From positions 1-19,104 of the forward strand of contig JAYEOM010000036.1 of the NCBI GenBank assembly GCA_034722955.1: 19,104 nt of DNA, written 5' to 3'. Shown one piece after another: positions 8,580-15,794 of this stretch (position 1 is its first letter; each line of letters begins with the position of its first letter). The position numbers and the translations under genes are program-made. The stretch is from Campylobacterota bacterium. Lineage in GTDB: Bacteria > Campylobacterota > Campylobacteria > Campylobacterales > Sulfurovaceae. The notes beneath the pieces are model-generated. The model was not told the DNA's origin and did not search any database. It was given only the letters and a program-made list of their open reading frames with translations.

Positions 8580-8966
8580 ATGGATTCTCAAAGTATAGGC
8601 AAATTGATCTTACGGATTGCGATTGGCGGTCTGTTGCTCTTTCATGGTGTAGATAAGATTTTGCATGGTATTGGATATATAGAGAGTCTGCTCAAGATAG
8701 AAGGGCTGCCTCCATATTTGGCATTTGGTGTCTATGTTGGAGAGATTTTGGCTCCTCTGATGTTGTTGGTCGGATGGAGAAGCAGATGGTGGGCATCCAT
8801 TATTGCTTTCAACATGGCTGTAGCGATCTATCTAGTACATAGCAAATCCCTCCTCACCCTAGGCTCTCATGGCTCTTGGTCACTAGAGACACCGGTACTC
8901 TTTTTGATGGGTGCCTTGGCGATTATCTTTTTAGGGTCTGGTAAGTATGCTATCTCCAAGGATTAG
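8580..8966 (+). CDS. DoxX family membrane protein
   Basis: LILRIAIGGLLLFHG..K, GE....L..L.G..SR, NMAVAIYLVH, C-terminal G.GKYAI; four TM helices, 128 aa. Confidence 0.9.
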   Translation: MDSQSIGKLILRIAIGGLLLFHGVDKILHGIGYIESLLKIEGLPPYLAFGVYVGEILAPLMLLVGWRSRWWASIIAFNMAVAIYLVHSKSLLTLGSHGSWSLETPVLFLMGALAIIFLGSGKYAISKD

Positions 8967-8973
8967 GAGTGTT

Positions 8974-9909
8974 GTGAAACTAAGTTATCTCATACCTCTT
9001 GTTGTATTGTCGATATCGGTAAATGCCGAGACTACAGAGCCTTGGGCGAAAGCACTGAAGGGGTTGACTCCTCAAGAGAGACATGTCATAGTAGACAAAG
9101 GAACAGAGCGACCTTTCTCAGGTCAATATCTCCATACCGACAGTAGTGGTATCTATCGTTGCAAAGTTTGCAATACAGCTCTCTATAGATCTGATGATAA
9201 GTTTATATCCCATTGCGGCTGGCCTAGTTTTGATGATGCGATACCCGGTGCCATAAAGAAGCAGAGAGATAGTGATGGAAGACGCACTGAGATTCTATGT
9301 GCCAAGTGTGATGCTCACTTGGGGCATCTGTTTGAAGGAGAGGGGCTAACAGCCAAAAATAGACGATACTGCGTAAACTCTATCTCATTGAACTTTGAAG
9401 ATAATAGATCAACTCTACCCTCTCAATATCGGCATGCCTATTTTGCAGGTGGATGTTTCTGGGGAGTTGAGTACTATCTCGAAAAGCTAGATGGAGTTAA
9501 AGAGGTCATATCCGGTTTTATGGGTGGCAGTGTTAAAAACCCCAGCTACTCTCAGGTCATGAGTGGCGATACAGGACATATTGAGACAGTTGATGTACTC
9601 TATGATCCCAAGACAATATCTTACGAAAAATTGGCAAAAACTTTCTTTGAGATTCATGACCCCACACAAAAGAGTAGACAAGGTCCCGATATTGGCGAGC
9701 AGTACCAATCGGCTATTTTTGTAACAGATCTAAAAGAGAGGGAGACTGTAGATAGTCTCATTAAGGTTTTGATAGAGAGGGGCTATAGAGTAGAGACCAA
9801 AGTTTTGAGTGTAGAGTCGTTCTATAGTGCAGAGGCATATCATCAGGACTACTATAGACGCAAAGATAGAGAGCCATATTGCCACAGCTATATCAAACGC
9901 TTTGAGTAG
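8974..9909 (+). CDS. msrAB: Bifunctional peptide methionine sulfoxide reductase MsrB-MsrA with signal peptide
   Basis: Probable GTG start at 8974 after AGGAG; signal peptide ending SVNA. MsrB motifs GTERPF, CxxC twice, CGWPSF, HLGHLF, RYCVNS; MsrA motifs FAGGCFWG, GHIE, HDPTQ, QGPDIG.QY.S, AE.YHQDY. Confidence 0.93.
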   Translation: MKLSYLIPLVVLSISVNAETTEPWAKALKGLTPQERHVIVDKGTERPFSGQYLHTDSSGIYRCKVCNTALYRSDDKFISHCGWPSFDDAIPGAIKKQRDSDGRRTEILCAKCDAHLGHLFEGEGLTAKNRRYCVNSISLNFEDNRSTLPSQYRHAYFAGGCFWGVEYYLEKLDGVKEVISGFMGGSVKNPSYSQVMSGDTGHIETVDVLYDPKTISYEKLAKTFFEIHDPTQKSRQGPDIGEQYQSAIFVTDLKERETVDSLIKVLIERGYRVETKVLSVESFYSAEAYHQDYYRRKDREPYCHSYIKRFE

Positions 9910-10014
9910 TATCTGATATATAGAGTTAGGAAGTTATCAAAACAGATCTACCCATCTGACTAGCTCTTTTTAAAAGCTATTTGAGTGTATCATGTAAAAA
10001 ATAGGAGGCTACAA

Positions 10015-11202
10015 ATGGGCATAGAGAGTATTGAAAAACAAAAAACTTCTGCATTGGCGTTATCAGGTGGTGGATATAGAGCTGCACTGTTTGCACTTGG
10101 CAGTCTATGGCGCCTTAATGAATTTGGCATATTAAGAAAACTAGATCGTATCACCGCAGTCTCTGGCGGATCGATCACATTGGGGCATCTGGCACTCCAC
10201 TGGAGTGATCTTGAGTTTGATGATCATGATGTCGCTAAAAATTTTGAAGAAGTTGTCGTAAAGCCTTTACAGAAGTTTTGCGGTGAACCTTTAGATGTCA
10301 AAGCAGGCATTATAGGCTTGTTGACTCCTTGGAAAACTATAGGCGATAAGATCACTGAAGCTTATGATGATAAACTGTTTGACAGGGCTCTACTCAAAGA
10401 GCTGCCTCATGGCAAAGGTATTCCGGAATTTATATTTTACGCTACAAATTACGGAACAGGTTCAAGCGTCCGTATGACACAAGATCATATTTATGACTAC
10501 AAATTAGGAGAAGCACCCTCCGGAGACCTCTCTCTCGCACGGGCAGTCGCAGCTTCCAGTTCCTTTCCCCCCATATTTTCTCCTGTGATACTTGACTCAA
10601 GTAAGTGGAACTGGAAGCGAACAGATCACTCTGATCTACACGATAATAGAGCTTTGCGTGATCGACTTGTACTTGCAGATGGCGGACTCTATGACAATCT
10701 TGGAGTGGAGGCTATCTGGAAGGATGAAGAGGAGAGTAGTGACCATTTTGATCAAGTGTTTGTCTGCAATGCCGGTGCACCTTTCAAAGTAGGTTTTGAT
10801 ATGAAGGGTGGGCCACTCTCTACTCTCATACAAAAGATCGGACTCAAAAGAAATTGGATCACACAATTTTCTCGCATGACAACTATCATGATCAACCAGC
10901 AGCGTGCCGTTAGAAAGCGTTATTTGATGACCAATACAAAGTATGGAGCATACAGAGTAGCTTACTGGGCTATACCAACAAATATATCCAAGTATGATGT
11001 AGAGAACAGACTCGCTTCTGATACTCCAACGACCAAATGTATAGCAGAGATACCTACGCGGCTGAAGGCATTTTCCCATGAAGAGCAGGGGCATCTGATC
11101 AATTGGGGATATGCACTTACAGATGCTGCTGTTAGGTGCTATATAGACTCAGACCTTAAGAGGGCAGAGAGAGTTCCTCTGCCGGATCATCCTCTAGGTT
11201 GA
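10015..11202 (+). CDS. Patatin-like phospholipase
   Basis: Start at ATG 10015 after AGGAGG. Oxyanion loop LSGGGYRA, nucleophile AVSGG (Ser codon 10162), AASSSFP, catalytic DGGLYDNLG (Asp codon 10678). Confidence 0.92.
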   Translation: MGIESIEKQKTSALALSGGGYRAALFALGSLWRLNEFGILRKLDRITAVSGGSITLGHLALHWSDLEFDDHDVAKNFEEVVVKPLQKFCGEPLDVKAGIIGLLTPWKTIGDKITEAYDDKLFDRALLKELPHGKGIPEFIFYATNYGTGSSVRMTQDHIYDYKLGEAPSGDLSLARAVAASSSFPPIFSPVILDSSKWNWKRTDHSDLHDNRALRDRLVLADGGLYDNLGVEAIWKDEEESSDHFDQVFVCNAGAPFKVGFDMKGGPLSTLIQKIGLKRNWITQFSRMTTIMINQQRAVRKRYLMTNTKYGAYRVAYWAIPTNISKYDVENRLASDTPTTKCIAEIPTRLKAFSHEEQGHLINWGYALTDAAVRCYIDSDLKRAERVPLPDHPLG

Positions 11203-11228
11203 TATGATAATTTATAATGGAGTAAAAG

Positions 11229-12386
11229 ATGAGCATATGGCATAAAACATCATATTATGATGAGGTCTGCACACATGTTTTGGTCATAGGAACAAGCAAG
11301 TATACTTATCTTCCTGATGATATAACAAGCGATGATGAGAAGCTTCTGGGTCTGACCTCTGTTTCGACACCCGCCACTTCTGCTTACCGTTTTGCTTGTT
11401 GGATCAAAGAGAGCTACAATAACTCCAAAGCACCGCTAGGAAGCATACGCCTCCTTCTAGCACCATCCCAAAAAGAGATCGACAATGAACCTCAACTAGG
11501 CCAGCTCAACCAGCCTCTCCCCGATAGTTCAAATGTTGAGGATGCACTCTATGCTTGGCAGAACGACTGTTTGAAGTTTCGAGAAGGTCACTGCATTGTC
11601 TATATTGCCGGACATGGTATTCGGCTTTCCGGTGATTTGGGTATTGTGCTGTTGGAGGATTTTGGAAAGCCAAATAGATCTATTTTGGAGGGAGCTCTTG
11701 ATATCGGCAATATTCATCAGGCTATGGCTCAGGATAGTGCGGCTAAAAACCAATTTTACTTTGTGGATGCCTGTGCGATCGAACCAAAACTCTTTGCTCA
11801 GTATATATCAGCAAAGACAGGGATCAATCTGGATATAAAACGGGGGGAATCTGTTGAATCATCACCTATATTTTTTGGAGCTGCCCCTGAAACATTGGCT
11901 TTAGGAAAACCGGGAGAGGGTACCCTTTTCATACAGGTACTTTTACAATGCCTGCGATCTGATGCAGCCAAAGCAGATGATCAAAACAACCCTAAAAATT
12001 GGCTGGTTTCTACGCTTGAACTTTTCAAACAGTTACAAAAAGGTGTGAAAGAACTTGCTATGAGTTACAACGAAACACAATCTGTTGTACTTGGCGGAAT
12101 CTCTTCAAATACTGTTTTTCATGAATCAGAAGATCCTCCTGTTATCACTTTGACAGTCTCCCTCTCTCCCCAATCAGCAGTGCAGTATGCAAAATATACA
12201 CTGATCAATCTTACAACAAATGAAAAGTTTGAGCTTTTTCCTTTTGAGTCTCCTTATATCGATGTGGTAAATCCGGGGGTATACCGTATCGAATTTGATA
12301 TGACTGAAGATTCACATCACTCTGGTAAAATAGTTCCAGCGATCATTATCTCCCCTCCGAGACATGATGAGGAGATTGTATTATGA
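11229..12386 (+). CDS. Caspase-like (peptidase C14) cysteine protease with C-terminal PEGA-like beta domain
   Basis: N-terminal strand HVLVIG...Y, catalytic His in YIAGHG (H129), catalytic Cys in YFVDAC (C182), G.GTLF...LL.CL helix; C-terminal ~80 aa beta-rich with VNPGVYRIE. Confidence 0.88.
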   Translation: MSIWHKTSYYDEVCTHVLVIGTSKYTYLPDDITSDDEKLLGLTSVSTPATSAYRFACWIKESYNNSKAPLGSIRLLLAPSQKEIDNEPQLGQLNQPLPDSSNVEDALYAWQNDCLKFREGHCIVYIAGHGIRLSGDLGIVLLEDFGKPNRSILEGALDIGNIHQAMAQDSAAKNQFYFVDACAIEPKLFAQYISAKTGINLDIKRGESVESSPIFFGAAPETLALGKPGEGTLFIQVLLQCLRSDAAKADDQNNPKNWLVSTLELFKQLQKGVKELAMSYNETQSVVLGGISSNTVFHESEDPPVITLTVSLSPQSAVQYAKYTLINLTTNEKFELFPFESPYIDVVNPGVYRIEFDMTEDSHHSGKIVPAIIISPPRHDEEIVL

Positions 12387-13699
12387 AAAAGATATTTTTA
12401 TATGATTTTTCTGATGATCACTCTACACTCTCTCCGGCAACACTCAATGTGAAAATATCAGAGTATTATGATTTTCCTTTGGTGATACGAAAAAGTAATT
12501 TTCAGCTTCAAGGTTACAGCAGGACAGATGGAACCATCGTATTGGATCCGGGATTATATATTATTGAAGCTGTGAAACCTGATGGTGAGATAGAGAGTGA
12601 AATAGTAGATCTCAAAACTGGTGATGCCAAAGAGTTGAAACTCACTTTCACTCCAGAAAAAAATATTGAAAACAAAAAAGAGCTCTTAGAGGAGGAGTCC
12701 GAAGAGAGATTTGAAGATCTATTGATGATGACTGCCCCAAAAAACAGATCATCTGATGTGGATACCAAGGCATCTGCTACATTTAGACCTTTCCCGGGTG
12801 ATGCTTATGGATCTTTGAGAAATACCAAGGCATCTACTACATTTAGACCTCGCCAGATCAATAAAAAGTTTATCCCTAAAAAAGAGGCTATAACAGTAAA
12901 AATACTCTCTTTTAACGAGAAAGGTTGGCAAGAGGAGAGAGAGTTGTCGGGAGCAGAAAACTTTAATAGAGAGACCACAGATAGCAGTGATCATATCAGG
13001 ATAGATATTGATGCTCTAGAGTATCTGCAGATCTTGGAGGTCAGCAGAAACAGAGATAAACCGACTAATTTACTACTACCCATCCAAAAAAACTCAATGA
13101 TCGAGAGATGTACCGTAGAGATAGTGGACAATGGGGTGGATCTTAAGCTCTCCTGCTCTTTTGAGGATAGCAAGCGTACTACACTCATGTTTGATTACCT
13201 TTCGAGCAACTCTCTTGAAGAGGCAGCAGGTCTTGCCGAAGAAGCTGAAGGCATGCTATATAGTAAAATGAGCAATCCTATAGGAGCAGTGATAGGGGGT
13301 TATATTCTGTTGCGTATCGGTGCTGTCGAGCAGATGCACGATTGGCCGAAAAATTTATATGAGTGGTTTCCAAGGTTATCTGATGGTGCTATTATTGCAG
13401 GAGAATTTGAAGCTAGAAGAGGTAATGATAGAGAAGCTATAGATCTATTCTTGGGTGCATATAAACGAGGACTGCCTATCTTTCGTGAGGGGCTCTCTCT
13501 TTTGGTTGCAAGATTGCGTCTGTATATGCTTTATGAGAAAGAGTTATTGATCAATGAAACAAAACAAAAAGAGATAGAGTTAGCCTATTCATATCTGGCT
13601 AAACTAGCGATGTTTACAGATGATGCATATGGACTGCTAGTTATTGATAATATCTCATTGATCGAGGATGAATATTTTAAAAGGAGTGCAAATGTTTAA
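12383..13699 (+). CDS. Uncharacterised caspase-associated multidomain protein (PEGA-like N-terminus, repeat-containing linker, beta domain, helical C-terminal domain)
   Basis: ATGA overlap with the caspase stop and a GAGGAG SD. LDPGLYIIE beta domain; C-terminal NPIGAVIGGYILLR...HDW..NL..WFP.LSDGAII...RGLPIF.EGL helical region. Confidence 0.8.
   Translation: MKKIFLYDFSDDHSTLSPATLNVKISEYYDFPLVIRKSNFQLQGYSRTDGTIVLDPGLYIIEAVKPDGEIESEIVDLKTGDAKELKLTFTPEKNIENKKELLEEESEERFEDLLMMTAPKNRSSDVDTKASATFRPFPGDAYGSLRNTKASTTFRPRQINKKFIPKKEAITVKILSFNEKGWQEERELSGAENFNRETTDSSDHIRIDIDALEYLQILEVSRNRDKPTNLLLPIQKNSMIERCTVEIVDNGVDLKLSCSFEDSKRTTLMFDYLSSNSLEEAAGLAEEAEGMLYSKMSNPIGAVIGGYILLRIGAVEQMHDWPKNLYEWFPRLSDGAIIAGEFEARRGNDREAIDLFLGAYKRGLPIFREGLSLLVARLRLYMLYEKELLINETKQKEIELAYSYLAKLAMFTDDAYGLLVIDNISLIEDEYFKRSANV
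12762..12850 (+). repeat. In-frame 29-bp direct repeat, two copies, 60-bp period (TKAS[A/T]TFRP twice)
   Basis: ATACCAAGGCATCTGCTACATTTAGACCT (12762-12790) and ATACCAAGGCATCTACTACATTTAGACCT (12822-12850), one mismatch. Confidence 0.92.
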
Positions 13700-14771
13700 A
13701 GTCGAACTGATACAGGCTGGACATGGTGACTCTATATGGATCGAGTATGGCAGGGATCCGGACTCTCTCCATCGTATCCTGATCGATGGAGGTACGGCCG
13801 GCACTTTCAAGCGTCTCAAAAAGCGTATTGAGCAGTTACCTTCCGATAAACGGCATTTTGATCTTCTTGTCATTACCCATATTGATGCAGATCATATCGC
13901 AGGAGTGCTGAAACTGCTCGAAGAGGATAGTCTGGGTGTGACATTCGGTGATATATGGTATAACGGGTATCAACATTTGAGCAGCCTGGAGTCTCTAGGG
14001 GTTAAGCAGGCAGAGATCCTTTCAGACTATTTGGACAAACTTGATATCCACTGGAATCAAGCTTTTGGCGGCAAATCAGCCTGCATAGATAGAGAGAAAG
14101 AGTTTTTACCTATCGTTCTGCCCGGAGGTATGAAGCTTACACTCCTCTCTCCTTCTCTAAAAGAGTTGGCAAAGCTGAAACCAAAGTGGGAGAGGGAAGC
14201 AGAAAAAGCTGGACTTTTTCTAAATAAGAAGCCTGAAGAGAGAGAAGAGCTAGATACGAGTCCCTCCGGACTTGAATCACTAGGGGGAGCTAAATTGCCC
14301 GATATTGAGAGTCTGGCAAAAAGTATTTTTGAACCAGATGATTCACTGCCAAACGGCAGCAGTATCGCACTTATCACCGAGTATGATGATAAAAAAATGC
14401 TTTTTGCCGGAGATGCCCATGCTGCTGTACTTCTTGACTCTATCAAAGCGTATCTTCCTGGGTGTCAACCTCTCTATCTCGATCTCTTCAAAGTACCCCA
14501 TCATGGAAGCGAAGCCAATATCTCCAAAGCGTTACTAGAACGGATACGATGCAACTCCTACCTGATCTCATCCAATGGTGCCTATTTTAAACATCCTGAT
14601 GAAATTGCCATAGCCAGGATCATCAAATACGGCGGAAATAAACCGGATATCTACTTTAACTACTTGTCAAAACACAATGATATATGGAACAATCCAATTT
14701 TGCAAAAGAGGTATCAATATCAAGCACACTACCCATCAAGCGAAGAGACGAGTATTGTTGTGTCGGTTTAG
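13692..14771 (+). CDS. Metallo-beta-lactamase-fold hydrolase/nuclease (ComEC/Avs1a-like)
   Basis: Start reassigned to ATG at 13692 (AAGGAG SD, 8-nt overlap with the upstream gene). Motifs GHGDS, ILIDGG, THIDADH (HxDxDH), NGSSIA, LFAGDA, KVPHHGS, HP. Confidence 0.9.
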   Translation: MFKVELIQAGHGDSIWIEYGRDPDSLHRILIDGGTAGTFKRLKKRIEQLPSDKRHFDLLVITHIDADHIAGVLKLLEEDSLGVTFGDIWYNGYQHLSSLESLGVKQAEILSDYLDKLDIHWNQAFGGKSACIDREKEFLPIVLPGGMKLTLLSPSLKELAKLKPKWEREAEKAGLFLNKKPEEREELDTSPSGLESLGGAKLPDIESLAKSIFEPDDSLPNGSSIALITEYDDKKMLFAGDAHAAVLLDSIKAYLPGCQPLYLDLFKVPHHGSEANISKALLERIRCNSYLISSNGAYFKHPDEIAIARIIKYGGNKPDIYFNYLSKHNDIWNNPILQKRYQYQAHYPSSEETSIVVSV

Positions 14772-14823
14772 GTGCAGCACTCTTTTTTTGGCTCTTTGGT
14801 TTATTATTTTAGCGTAATGTTTG

Positions 14824-14982
14824 TTACTTTTTTGTGAATTTTATAGAGTCTATATTCAGCTTATTAAACTCATCAATAGCCACAATAGCACCATCAAATC
14901 GCTCTTGCAATAGAAGATCTCCTATGTTCCCTGCATCAAAAATTTGGGTATTTAGTTGGTAGGGTAATATATATGTAACCAC
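14824..14982 (-). pseudogene. 52-codon open frame, possible C-terminal gene remnant or small protein
   Basis: GTG at 14982 to TAA at 14824: VVTYILPYQLNTQIFDAGNIGDLLLQERFDGAIVAIDEFNKLNIDSIKFTKK; protein-like composition, no clear SD. Confidence 0.3.
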
Positions 14983-14989
14983 TTTTTTC

Positions 14990-14995
14990 TATAAT
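14990..14995 (+). promoter_or_regulatory. Putative -10 box (TATAAT) for the sensor operon
   Basis: Consensus TATAAT about 26 nt upstream of ATG 15022, followed by a GAGGGAG SD. Confidence 0.45.
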
Positions 14996-15021
14996 CCAAA
15001 TATATTATAGAGGGAGTTATT

Positions 15022-15783
15022 ATGTATCGTTATCTTTTGTATCCGTTGATAGTAATGGTTTTGAGTTCGACACTCCAAGCTGCATCTATCAGAAGTCAAG
15101 TCTCACTGCTAGAGGCTTCAGAGAATATTCGTTTGGGTAGTCAACAGATAGTTGTAACCTACCTCTCCTACTACCTCAATCCCAAAAAAAGATATAGAAG
15201 AGATCTCGCTCTCAAAAAACTCAAAGAGCTAGAGAAACAATTTGAGCTAATAGATAGATCAATGAAAGATGAAGAGTCTAGAGATGTACTCAATTTTTTG
15301 TACTATAGTAGAGAGAAGATGCTTAAGCTCATACAAGAGCCAATAGAGGGGGGAAATCCCCATAAAATCTTGGAGTATAGTGAGATACTGCTAAAAGCAG
15401 CAGACTCTATCACGCGGGAGCTTGGCTATACACTGAGCGAAGATGAGAAGATGCTCATCAAAATGAAAGATATATCTTTTTTGATGGAAAAAATGACAAA
15501 AAGTTATCTACTTTTACAAACAGATAAAAATAGTGCATCTTATATGAGTATGGTCAAGAGTACTATAGCAGAGATGGACAAGGCACTGATTCTTTTGGAT
15601 GACTACAACTACTCAGCTAAGAGCTTATTGATTCTCTCAAAACTACATAAAAACTGGAAAGGGATCAAACCCTACTATCTCAAAGAGAGTGATATAGAGA
15701 TAGAAAATATACTACTACTCGCATCCAAACAGATAGAGAAAAACTCTCTACTTTTAGAAAAATATCATAGTAAAAATCAATAG
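15022..15783 (+). CDS. Exported all-helical protein with tandem PilJ/NarX-like four-helix sensor domains
   Basis: Signal peptide ending LQA. IRLGSQQIVVTYL resembles the RMLSQRI.K.Y P-box-like motif; a second degenerate copy ISFLMEKMTKSYL; W..IK..Y helix. Confidence 0.6.
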   Translation: MYRYLLYPLIVMVLSSTLQAASIRSQVSLLEASENIRLGSQQIVVTYLSYYLNPKKRYRRDLALKKLKELEKQFELIDRSMKDEESRDVLNFLYYSREKMLKLIQEPIEGGNPHKILEYSEILLKAADSITRELGYTLSEDEKMLIKMKDISFLMEKMTKSYLLLQTDKNSASYMSMVKSTIAEMDKALILLDDYNYSAKSLLILSKLHKNWKGIKPYYLKESDIEIENILLLASKQIEKNSLLLEKYHSKNQ

Positions 15784-15794
15784 GAGATAATAAA

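Noticed and set aside
12762..12850. 29-bp repeat / 31-bp spacer / 29-bp repeat has CRISPR-like dimensions
   Set aside because: Only two copies, in frame inside a long CDS, not palindromic, and no leader or cas genes in the window.
10015..14771. Assignment of the operon to CBASS, AVAST or a gasdermin system
   Set aside because: No CD-NTase, no STAND NTPase (no Walker A in any of the four proteins), no trypsin-like protease and no recognisable gasdermin.
14771..14790. Intrinsic terminator after the MBL gene
   Set aside because: A T-tract is present, but the preceding stem (GTG-CAG-CAC) is only 3-4 bp, too weak to call.
9910..15021. Integrative element boundaries around the four-gene operon
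   Set aside because: No integrase, transposase or tRNA, and only a short low-complexity match (TATAGAGT) on the two flanks, which is not significant in AT-rich DNA.
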